64,000 nucleotides of DNA, from contig NW_005434664.1 in NCBI RefSeq assembly GCF_000315625.1, positions 588,167 through 652,166 on the forward strand. The letters run 5' to 3'. Below, one piece after another: positions 50,243 to 61,599 of the stretch. The notes under the pieces are model-generated. The model had not been told where the DNA came from. It was given only the letters and a program-made list of their open reading frames with translations, and did not search any database. The position numbers were made by a program, and so were the translations under genes. The stretch is from Guillardia theta CCMP2712 (lineage: Eukaryota > Protista > Cryptophyta). Position 1 is the first letter of the stretch; each line of letters opens with the position of its first letter.

Positions 50243-51141
50243 GGAGCAGTAGTGACTCGCCGGGCCTAGCCAAGGGCTAGCGGAACGTTATTAGGGTACG
50301 GGGGTGGTAAGGACCGGAAATATGTAGTAGGGACAATAGTAGACAGAGGGGGTGGGGGTGAAGGGGAAAGGGGTGGGACCCTCTAAGCTGCAAGTTGCCC
50401 TGGATCTAGAAGTCTGTATGCGACGATGATGGTGAAAGAGATGAGCTCGAAGACGCATGTGTGTTTGTCTTGTTGCCTGTATCAGATGCTGATCACTCTC
50501 ACTCCATTCCTCATGTTGCTTCCTATACCTGCCGTCAGCAGACCTGGCTCATCTGTAGCGGTAGATGTTTTAGGAAATGTATGAGATGTCGAAAATGATT
50601 CTCTGATCTGTCCTTTGGTTGACATGTATTTTGAAGTGGGAATATTTTTCCAAGGGCTGTAGATTGCTCTTTAAAAACCATAGTATTGGTTATGTTCTCG
50701 AAATTCAAGTTTTCAAGTTTCCCCGCACGATTCTTTGTCATGTAATAGATTGAAAGATTGGTTTTGGTAAGTTTGCATCTTGAAGTTTTATGTGTCGTTG
50801 GTTTGAAAAAACGAGAGAAATAATGACAAGATGGCCGTAACTTCTTGAATCTACACAACTACGTAACTCCTTGCATTTACACAACTACTTCTGTAGGGTC
50901 ATCCGTCCCATTGCGCTTCCACAACACTAGAAACTAGGTTATCCTGGCTGATATCTGCTATCCAATTAAAGAATGTAAGCACTCTAGATTGTGTTTGCAG
51001 GAATGAATATGAGATACGTCCAAACGTCCATCGCACTGTTGGAAAGACAAGTTTCAAGCTAAAACATTGGCTAATCACATTCTGTCTGGGTGATCTAAAC
51101 ACATTCATTCAATACAAACATTCTAAAGACCCTTCATGCTT

Positions 51142-53124
51142 TCACGCTTTAACATACGTGATGAAGAGCAGTGCATTTGGTACAAGATTAGCAGATATCA
51201 TTGTTTGTTCATCGCTGTACTCTCGTGCTGGAAAATGCGTCCTAAGAATCATTCCATCAATACATCTGTGATCAAAATGTCAGTGCGTTCATAATCCTAC
51301 AAGGCACATTTCAATACTCACGTGTGGCTTTTCAAGAGTGTTTTGAGCTCTGCTATCGTAGAACTGTGCGCTAACACAACTTCATAAGTCACATTCGTGT
51401 CCTGCATAAAACGTCACTCATTGAAACTTTGTTTCTCCCCTCTTCCCCCTGCATCTACATTGCTCTCTGTCAATCTCTCAATTCCTGTCTGTCTGTCTGT
51501 CTGTCTGTCTGCCTGCCTTCATATCACACAGACGCACATACACTTGTTCACACTTGAGCTACAAGTCGCACAGACATTACCATCTTCTTCACTCTGACGA
51601 TTGTCCTTTCTTTTTCGCTCCTTTCATACTTAGATGGTATTGGAAAGACTTCCGCGTCCTCTTTGGACCGTTCTCTAACTGGATAAATCCTCTTTTCTAT
51701 ATCCTCCTGCCATGAAACAACGAAATCAGTGGAGGTGCACATCTAAGTGCAGGACGCAGGGAAAAGCAACCTTGATATTAATAATGTTGCCACCAGGGCC
51801 AATAACAGAATTCGGTAGATTCCTTAGAATGTCTGGAGCTTTGCTGTTGCCAGCTGCAGTAGGATTCCAAATTTCTTTTCGTGAAGCATTTGAAACAGCC
51901 GCTGCGGATCCTGGTGCTGCACCTCTCGAACCAACAGAATGCCCTTCACCTTTAAACGCTTGGAAGTTGCTTGCCGCATCGCGACTGTACTTTTCTTTAA
52001 GTCGAAATTCAACTTTGATTGGAACTCCATCAGGATACTCCTCCTTTAGTTCCCATGGAAAGTACCCATCCATCAAATCTTTCACCAGGAGCTTCGATTC
52101 TTTGAGTTTGTACGGTCGAAGTGGGCCACCTCTAGCAAAGATCCCATCTTGATAAAATGTATAGCTCACCTACAAAGCACGGAATATTTGCATTAGATTA
52201 GACACATGTTGGGAGATGGCATCTCCTGAGAGCAGACTTTACCTGCGCCTTCTCTTTCAGCTTCCTTATTCCGTTATGTGCTACCACTTCTTTCTCTCCC
52301 TCTCCAGCAATGAAATTCAATTGCTTGACACTAGTCAATATCTGTGCTGGATCAAAAGGAGTTTCCAAAGCCTCAGGGCCACTTCTATCACTCAGGTCGT
52401 TGCCGTCTTGTTCTGAAACTTCCTTTCCTTGTGCGACTTCTTGGTTCCACATCCCTTCATTCATTTGCAGCGGTTGCGGGTTGGCAGAGCTCTTGCCAGA
52501 GCTAACACTGTCTCCAACCCACTCCATTCCATAGTCTCTCAAAAACTGCTTCATCTCTGTATTTTCCTTGATCAGAGTCTTATTTTCATGGTCTGCTCTT
52601 TTAAGAAGTTCCCTCAGTTTGTTGTTCTGCTCCCTCATTGCAGATAGATCTGGAGTGCTTTTACAACGACCGAAGTTGGGGTCAGCATACTCATTCTTTT
52701 CGTTCGTCGATGCATCTTTTGCTGCCAGCGCTGATTTGAGCTCAGCGATCTCCGAGTCCTTGCCTTTGAGCAACTCTCTCAGCTCTGCAGCAGCCTTCTC
52801 CGCATGTCTCAGACGTGATGCCATAGCGCTGACAAGGGACATGTCGTGGGCATCGTCGCCATTCTTTCCTCTCGCACTCTTCTTTTCTGGCTTGACATCT
52901 ACGGCACTTGCATCCTCTACAACCTTATCAATGTCACTGAGGCGCATGTTCTGGATGAGACGTTTCTGCAGTTCTGCGTCTTTGTCATGGCTGATACCGA
53001 AGCGCAACGGCAGTCCGGTTGCCTTATCATGTGAAGGGTAGGGGCAACGAATAGGAAGGAGAGGCTTGGCCTTGCCCTGAGGCATGGCGACCTTCTTCTT
53101 GACCTCTTTGTCCACGTTGGCCAT
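51142..53124 (-). CDS. UBXN11: UBX domain protein 11-like (coiled coil, SEP, SHP box, UBX)
   Basis: EMKQFLRDYGMEWVG, LNFIAGEG, FYQDGI..GPLRPY..KDLMDGYFPWELKEEYPDGVP, FQAFKGEG and LRTHFPAREY...ANLVPNALL. Confidence 0.88.
51485..51511. repeat. (CTGT)n microsatellite in an intron
   Basis: About 6-7 units read directly. Confidence 0.9.
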
Positions 53125-53818
53125 GGACGAGAGAAAGCGCGTTGGGGGAAGAAATCAAAAACGACTATGGCATGATCTGGTCCCAATAGAGCTATGGGAA
53201 GTTTATGGGATTCGAAAGCTGGTTCAATACTTTCCTTCGTTTTTTTGTCAAATTTATTATCTCACGATATTTCAAACCACAAACTCCCCTACTAGGCTAG
53301 AGTCAGTTCACGGAAGTTCCATGGCCGAGGTCGGCGCTCGGATGTTTTTTAACTTAACTTTGAGTAAAGAAGATGTAGCAGTTGGTTCAGCGTTTCTCCA
53401 TGCGAGGGATCTCTCACGGTCGTGTATCTCTGACATCGACAGACTCGGCTGAGAGACTACTGGCAGAGCCTCGGACGGCCGGGCGTGCCGGGCCCGGAAA
53501 GACTCGGAGACTCGCCGTCGGACTCGAGAGAGAAACTGAGTCTGGGCATTGCAATAATTATTGTAAATGGAGGATGTACTCTGTGAATTACTTAATACCA
53601 AAATGTAGTACGCAATTGTCCTGCTTGGTACTATCTAAACCTACGGGCACGGGTCCGCCCAGGAGCTTGTACCGGGATGAGCTAAAATTGTTGTAGACTG
53701 TGAACCCTCCTTGGTTGTCCCCTCCAGGATCAGCCGTGTGAACCTGAACAAGGCTGAAACGTGTTTGCTAGGGCTTCAACCTCGGTTCACCATCAACACA
53801 CCGCAGACTTGATAGAGA

Positions 53819-54828
53819 ATGTCGTCCGGCAATGCACCATCGAAGGCGAACAAGACCATCGTAGACCGTCCGATGCCGAGGGGGAAGGCAGAAGTGAGAT
53901 AACTTCGTTGATCTGTCTTGATGCATCTTAATCACTCTTGTATATCGATCAGGTGAGCCTCAGCTCCTTCTGCTTCTTGTTCTCCGAAATAGTTCAGTAT
54001 TGTCAAAACCGCGTCAACACGACACAAGAACTAGAGAAGATGGTCAAGAGATGTTGGAGGTTCAGTCATCTCTGAACATCACATGCACACAGCTCGCCGA
54101 GATAGGACATAATGTGGGGGTACGAATGCTAGAATTGAGCTCGCTTCGGGAGAAAGCAGGATTCAAGAGAGAGATAAAGGTGTGCAGCTGACCCCTAATT
54201 TCACTCTTCATCAACGACTTTGGCAGATTGTTGGGATTTTGAGTTACATCAAAGACACGATCTGGAAGGTGAGAACATCTTGCAATCGTTCACTCCAGTC
54301 GTGATTCTCTCATCCAGGTCATGTTCGGCAAAGTCGCAGATTCGCTGGAGAGAGTGACGGACAAAGAAGACGAATGTGAAACCCTTTTGAATTATGCCTT
54401 TGTGCGGTGGGACTGATATCAATGTTTGTGGGCATGTTTCTGGGCCCTTAGATATGATACACGAGAAGGATCCTCTTGTCAACACATACATATCCGTCCC
54501 CAAAGGTGTGTGTGCATACGAATGTTTTTCCAGCTGTCGGTCATTTCCCTCAGAATACGGGCATCTGAATTGTGCGGCGTTCGTAGCGGGGATTGTTCAG
54601 GGGATTCTTGATTCTGGTTGCTCCTTCCGTGCCCTTCCCAAATCTCACTGCCGTTGTGCTGCAGCTGATTTCCCTGCACGCGTGACAGCTCATACTGTTC
54701 CCGTCGGTGCCGACACACGAACGACAATCTTGGTCAAATTCACGCCACAGGTTGGACTGACATCAATGCTGAGCAACCTTGACATAGTTGCTATCTAGGT
54801 GATGGAACGAGAGAAGCGGATCGCATAA
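53819..54828 (+). CDS. TRAPPC5: TRAPP complex subunit 5 (Trs31)
   Basis: [91 protein letters not shown] and TTILVKF. Confidence 0.95.
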
Positions 54829-54850
54829 GTTTTTGTAAAGAAACATCTTA

Positions 54851-56131
54851 TCAATCGCTCATTGCATCGCTCCTACGTATATCTGCCCACACAGGAGCGT
54901 GATCCGAGGGACCCTGCCAACCTCTAACCTCCTTGTGCACCCCTCTGAGAGCCAAGTGAGCGGAAGATTACACAATGATCGTTACCCTTGCACGAAACGA
55001 TCCGCCAGGTGCGGCGATAGCAGGATGTGATCAATTCTCATGCCCTTATTCTATTGGAGGAAATCACTTGCAAGTAAATGGGGAGGTAGGTGGAGACCTT
55101 CTCCCAAGACCCTGCCCGATAGTCCCAATAGGAATATTGCTTCTCCTTGTTTGGTTTGATCTGCAAGGCATCATACAGTCCCTGTGCAGCAAGGTCATTG
55201 CACAATGCACATAACGCAACGATGTCTCTGAGCCTGACCTGGTAAACGAGGGATCGATACTGCGACCGACAATGCGGATGCACGACAGCATCGCTGGACA
55301 GATCTATGATATCATAACAGTCTTCATCTGATCAGATCTTCAGCAATACTGAGCTCAAAATCCTGTCGAAGAGGTTAACACACCTCGAGGGACGGTGTTG
55401 AAATCCCCCATCAAGACCAACGGCATGTCTGACTGCGTCAAGCTCTTCACGCGGCCGTAGAGAAGCTTGCTCCATCTCAATCTGTAGTCAAACTTCTCGC
55501 TCCCAACAGGGTTGCCATTCGGATGGTAGAGATTGCAGATGGCGATACCTTGCACACTGCACTGGACGTATCTCGCTTGCGGGTCGTGCTCGTCATCTTC
55601 GGGCCCCTTCAGACCAAACTCGACATTCGTCATGGGATGCTTGGACAGTGTTGCAACACCATTGTATGACTTCTGACCCAAGTGGACGTGGTGATAACCG
55701 AGCTTCGAGAAAGTCTCAGCCGGGAAATCGTTCTGCTGGCACTTAATCTCTTGAAGCGCAAGCACATCGGGGCTGTACTCTTGTATATATCTGCGCAAAT
55801 TCGAATTCAAACTGGCGTGTCACAAGTACATGCTCAACCTTTCAATAAGAGGTAATCGTTGCCTGACTGAGTTCACATTCCACGTCACGAGGCGAAGATT
55901 CTTTTGCCCGCTGGGATCCCTTGAGCAACGAAGCCTTCTTACGCCAGGCATCATGGTTCGCAATATCCTCGATTGATGGCTCAAATCTCTCTTTGAAAAC
56001 TTCATGTTCCGCAGGCTATTCGTGTTGGTGACGATAAAGGCAGAAGAAGCTCGTGTGAAGGAATGCACGTTTGCAACGACAAGAGCGATGAAGTAGATAT
56101 AATAGCTGTGTCTGACCTTGTAGAGATTCAT
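54851..56131 (-). CDS. xthA: Exodeoxyribonuclease III (bacterial XthA-like AP endonuclease) with bipartite plastid-type leader
   Basis: TWNVNSVRQR, PDVLALQEIK, GQKSYNGVA, NLYHPNGNP..KFDYRLRW, MGDFN, YSYWDYRAG, GMRIDHILLS and SDHAPVW. Leader FIALVVANVHSFTRASSA-FIV. Confidence 0.92.
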
Positions 56132-56182
56132 GGAAGCATAGTTTCAATAGGCTTGTCTACGATCTCTATGCATAACTTCCTT

Positions 56183-56240
56183 CTCCTGCTCCTCCTGCTC
56201 CTCCTGCTCCTCCTGCTCCTCCTGCTCCTCCTGCTCCTCC
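56183..56240. repeat. 9-bp tandem repeat (CTCCTGCTC), about 6 copies
   Basis: Perfect units just upstream of the xthA start codon. Confidence 0.93.
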
Positions 56241-56579
56241 CGGCTGCGAGAGGGGAGGCCTTGTAAATTTTGCGATGCGTTCCTTGATGTTTCCGTGCTC
56301 ATACCGCACCAGCGAATTCAAATTCCTTCCCTTGTGCCCTTTAGCAACGAAAGAAAAAAAAGGGACGAAATGAGCACACCACCCCTTGAAATAATTGAAA
56401 CAATCAAGCTTTTGTACCCGGTGCTTAGCGGTTTCCAGATATTGACTAAATATTGTTGATAAGCAGATCGTGTCAACAAGGCGAGGTTACGGCAAAATGG
56501 CGCGCGGGTGAGGCAGGAATCAGGTGACAGAGCGTGCAGAAGAGGACGCGAGAGGAGAGCAGCTTGCGAAGAAGTGACA

Positions 56580-58140
56580 ATGACGAGGAGCAGGAAGCTT
56601 CGGGCCCTCGTTCCTCTGCTTTTCCTCTTGACATGGACCCGTGGCTCAGGTGCATCTCACAGTCGAGCTAACAGCACTGCATCGCCTGAGTTCTCATCTG
56701 GAGTTGAGCAGTTTGTGGAAGAGAGGATGGAGGAGAGAGTGACGTCGGAAGAATCCTTCAGCATCAACAGACTGTGCTCTCCTGAAAACGACTTGGATCT
56801 CAGATGGTCACAGGAGGTAAACCCCTACCGCGTTGGGTTCGCACCCTTTGCAGATGGAGGTCTACAATCCAACGAAGACATCCAGGCATCGTTCTTGACC
56901 TCATCATGGAACTCTGATAGGGCAGAATCTTCCTGCACGTCGGATGCCGTCAAACCAGCAAATATGCAGAGGAACTCTGAGTACACCATTGAGCAGGGGA
57001 GCACCCAAACGGACCTTGTCGATCACGACAAAGAACTTCTTGATCAGCTCATAGAGCTTTACCGTAAGCGCCATGGGGAGCTGCCAACAGACGATATTGT
57101 ATATAGGTGGTGCGAGACTTTCAGGTCTGCAATCTCCAATCAGTGTCGGTCTGTTGCCAATCAGACCGCAAATCGATTTCTGCACGTTTCGGGCATGTAC
57201 GTGGACTTTGACCGATCAGTGGTATATAACACGCGTGCAAAAAGAAGAAGTGCAAGGCTTCTACCTCAATGTCAGCACGTGTATCCCGACGGTTCTCGAT
57301 GTGGTTTGATATCTTCTTTCGTGCAATTCCCTGAGCATGACGCAACCCAAGTTACGAAGCTCATGGTTTGCCGGCTCCACTCGTCCACGCAAAGTTCCAA
57401 GAAAATCGAAGAAAATTGCGAAAAGAACCAGAAGCGCTTGTCGGAAAATCGTAAGAAAGTTCCCAAGAAGAGCGGCAAAAGCGTGAGCTCCGTTCATTGT
57501 GCCTCTCCGGGATGCAGTCGTACTCCTACCTACGGTGATATATCAGCCATTGATCCAGCCATGCAAAAAGCCCTTTACTGCAAGCGACATAAGCTTCCGC
57601 ATCATCTGAATCTTCGACACTTCAAGTGTCAGCATGAGGGTGGTTGTATGAAGCAAGCCTTGTGGGGAAATCCGATCGACCGTGTGAGATTGTGGTGCGC
57701 GAGGCATGCCAAGAGCGGTGACATGAACTTGTCAGAGAAGAGGTTGGTTCAGATGCGCTCTTGTGTTCCCTGACTCTATTGGCAGATGTGAGTTCATCAC
57801 TGGATGTTCTAGAAGAGCAGTGTACGGGCTGCTGGGAGGCAAGGCGAGGCACTGTCGCGCCCACAGGGAGCATGACGAGAGGGACCTAGTGCACAAGCAT
57901 TGTGAGTTTGTGTCCAGCGATGGAAGCATCTGCACTACTCAAGCATCTTATGGTCAACCTGGTGGCCCTTCGAAATTCTGCGGGAATCACAAATTACACT
58001 GTCATGTACAAACTCGAAGATCTACGAAGATTCAAAGCCACAGTTTGTCGAAAGGCGGATACCTAAAGCACACTGCGCTGTTTTCTTCCAGCCAGATCAC
58101 TCCATACGAAGCACCTTTCTCCATTTCAGGCTTCATGTGA
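56580..58140 (+). CDS. EsV-1-7-type Cys/His-repeat protein with N-terminal signal-like peptide
   Basis: Repeats of C-x3-GC-x3-(A/P)x(Y/W)G...C-xx-H: CASPGCSRTPTYG..YCKRH, CQHEGGCMKQALWG..WCARH, CEFITGCSRRAVYG..HCRAH and CTTQASYG..FCGNH. Confidence 0.8.
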
Positions 58141-58322
58141 ATATTGTTGTTAATTATGATTGCTTTGATTCCATAGTTGTGTTGAATTTTGACTCGTTTT
58201 TTTTCGGTGTAGAATAGTATTGTGTGAAATGTGACTAATGTAAAGTTAGAGAATAAATCTGAATGAAGGTACTATACAATCAACAGCTCGAAAATGGAAT
58301 TGTAGAACGTCTCTTTCTAGAG

Positions 58323-61076
58323 TCATTGGTTCATAGCTTTTCTTCGTAGCCAAGCATTCTGCTTGCTTTCAAGGAATGGACCGTCTTTGGCTTTGGGGAT
58401 GCCGTGATGAACGCGTATCTAAAATCACGTGAATTTCAGACTCAGATGCAGTAAGGACCACACACCATCTGTGCGAGCTCTTTAGTGGCATGATCCAGAA
58501 ACTTGTTGCCTCGTAAGATTTGTAACCGAGCAAGAAATAACCTAAAAAGGGTCATCCAAGGACTCGCAAGCTTGACTTCACCTTCTTTTAGACTTCTTCA
58601 TTTCTGGAAACAAAGCAATCAATTCAGTATCGTCAAACCCGCGAAGAAGATCGTCTATTCTCCTGATCCCAGCGTTCTTCAAGTCTTCAAGGTGCGACAA
58701 ATACCCCAACCGTCGAATAAGCTCGACGAACTCTCTTTCCCCTTGATAAAATTGACCGAGCGCAGTGATGCACAGAGAAATCACGTTGCAAGATGACAGA
58801 CTCGCTTGAAGAGCACTGTCCTCATCATATGCATTCCTTGTATTGCTTTTCAATTTATTCGCTCCGGCGTCATCAACGTCTTCTTTTCGTTTCTGAATCC
58901 TTGGCCAATGTGAATTGCCTGCCGTTTCATTGGAAGCCACATTGTTTAAATCATTTTTTCGATAATTTGCTGATCGTTTGATTTCTTTTAAGCTATTTTC
59001 TTTGAAAGGACTGATGAATTCCTTCTGATGGTCCTCCGCATAGTGTATTTGACTCGCCTCAGACAGTGTGAATTTTCCTTTGATTTGTCTGCTTTGGAGA
59101 ATAGCTGACAACGAAAACCTCAAACTTCCTAATAACACGGGTTCTGTCTTTCCATCAAACTTGTTCAAAACTCTGATGATAAGAGAGCCATTTTTGGAAT
59201 TCATGTCCTCAAATGCAAAAGTTTCGTTCCATGTCGGCAAAGTTCCATCCGGGAGCAGGTGGCGAAGAGATTTGGTTGTATATACAGTATTGAACACCTG
59301 AACCTCGCAGGTAGGATCAGACGTTCTGTAGTCGGTGAGCTTCTTGTCCGTTATGCTTTGCATTCCATGGACCTCCACAGTGAGATCAAATTTGTTTTCT
59401 GTTTCTCTCTCAACGCTCATTTCTTGAAAACTGTGTATGATAACGGAAAACTGTTCACACAGGTCGTTTTGCTTTTTCTGAAGCATCGGATGTCAATATA
59501 GCAGAGAAGGAGCTTTTTGCATATACCAGCATTGCTGAAACGTCATCAGCTCTGACGCACAGGACTTTGACAGTTGTCAATGCCACTACACAGAGCGGGA
59601 AGCATCTTCCAGTTAGCACAGAGCCCTCAGCAAAACATGCCCCTTCATCGTTAGTGCGTGCAATCTCAACAAAATTCTGTTGAAACGTCGTCTTGTCTAT
59701 CTTGCTACTGATGAATTTGCAGTCGGCTGTTGTTTTTCTTTCATATACCTCTCAAAATTTCAGTGAAGATATTCGTAAGGTCATCACTATTCACCCCGAC
59801 AGTTCCTTCCTTCAAAATCATAACTTTGGAACACTTCTCATCATCAAAATGCATGATAGTCCCTTGTTCAGCCACTTGCTGGAGTCAAAGCGGTTATCAG
59901 TCGATACCTCGCGTATCATTCAAGGAGACCAGCGTTGTGTTCTTGACTAGATCCGTGAAGAACTCAGAGGAATCCATGTGCAAAACAGCAAATGATAATC
60001 TATGCCGATGCAATTGTCTACGTCAATGCTTAGTGAACACGCCCTGTGTTGTCAAAAATCTACATCGGAAGCTCGATTCGCAAGTTGTATTCTGGGTCAA
60101 CGTTGTTTCTGATCTGCGCTGAAACATCAAAATGAATGTTCAGTGTATTTCACTGTCGCTACGGTTGACGTGAAGAATTCTTGATCATCGACTGTGATCA
60201 TCACCTTGCCAGCCCCAAGTCAAAGATCTCGTCGAAGGTCATAGGGCATAAACCTGAGAGTCGCAGAGTATGACACGATCCATCTTAGGTAAATGATTTG
60301 CTCTCAATACCTTCAAAGAGATCTTGTCTTGGTGAAACTTGGTCTCAATCTTTAGGGAAGCTTTCTTCCCATCCAACCCAGTGATGGAATGTCCATATTT
60401 GTCTTCGAGACCTTTCAAAGAGCTTCACAAAGAGACGAGCTTGCTCAGCAAGGATCAACGTAGTTCAAAAGTCTCCCATTCTTGCAGTTTGGAGCAGTCA
60501 AGTGTGTGTGTGGCAGTCCCAACATGTCTGGTGGCTCGTCAGCACAACCAAGATGAAGTGAGTTCCCCTTGCTCCTACCTGCTGCCGAAAAGCAGAGGCC
60601 CGAAGAGCTGCGAGCGCGCGAGAGTCGACCAGACGCCCTCAGCTCTCAACCGTCTGACCCTCATCGGGGGGTTTCGGTTGTGCGAAGCCTTGGCAAGACG
60701 GAAAGTTGTGGACCTGCAGTTGTTTTATCAAAGTGACGTGGGAGAGAAAGATTGATAGCAGACGTATGGATGCTGGACAAATCAGAATTTCCAGGCGAAC
60801 CCAAGCAGCTTTTGATATCTTCTTTGTCTCGAATCGGTGAGACGTATCGGAAACCTGATCCACGAACAATACGAGAACTTTTTGTATCAACGAAGGATGA
60901 TGTCAAAGGCGAGAACTGTAGCAGATCATGACAGGCATCCAAAAGGAGGTCAACAAGCAGTCAGAGCATGGCCTGCAAGAAACAGAACAAGCTTACGTAT
61001 CTCTCCTTCCAGACACCGATGCTGTGGGGACACATGAGTTTGGAACTTGTGTCTGCTTGCGCTGAACTATCCACAT
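58323..61076 (-). CDS. C2-domain protein (two C2-like domains) with C-terminal SAM-like domain
   Basis: ISLKVLRANHLPKMD and LTVEVHGMQSI..SDPTCEVQV..YTTK..PTWNETFAF..LIIRVLNK; SAM-like LIRRLGYLSHLEDLKNAGIRRIDDLL..TELIALFPEMKK. 5' end uncertain. Confidence 0.65.
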
Positions 61077-61599
61077 AGTTCTCCTCTCTCCTCGCTCCTC
61101 TCCTCTCCTCTCCTCTCTCTTCCCACCCTCCTGCCTCCGACATGAAAGCGTCCCCTGGGCAGCCGCCTACTGGTAGCCCAACTGACCCAATGCCGCCCAC
61201 CCCTCCCCTCTTCCACTTCCAGTGCTCTAAACAGTGGGGTGTCTGTAGACGGCATTTCCGGGGGTAGTGTGAGAGTGAAACAGGTGATATCTAGGGGGTG
61301 GGGTAGGGGGTCGGTATGAGGGATAACACAAACTTGGACATGCTGTAGATCCGGCCTGATGGAAGATGAAGAGAGAATGGCAGATAGAGGAGAAGGGGAG
61401 GGGGAGGGAGGGGGAGAGGGAGATGAAGTGCAGTACGCCAGCTGAGGAGGGTGAGTGCGAGCAAGCGAGTGTGAGATATGCGAGAAAGGCAGAAGGCTAG
61501 CGGGCGGGCGGAATGCAGAGGAGGTTTGGGAGGTTGAACTCGATACAGATCTTTACCTATTGCTAGAACGCGATGAAGCTAAGAGGAGAAGGCTTGTGA

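Noticed and set aside
52568-53041. 157-aa plus-strand Ser/Leu-rich ORF
   Set aside because: Antisense of the UBXN11 coiled-coil exon.
31426-53124. UFD1, Sel1 protein and UBXN11 as a p97/ERAD gene cluster
   Set aside because: They are spread over about 20 kb among unrelated genes. The shared FKGEG is just the SHP box, and chance co-location cannot be excluded without synteny data.
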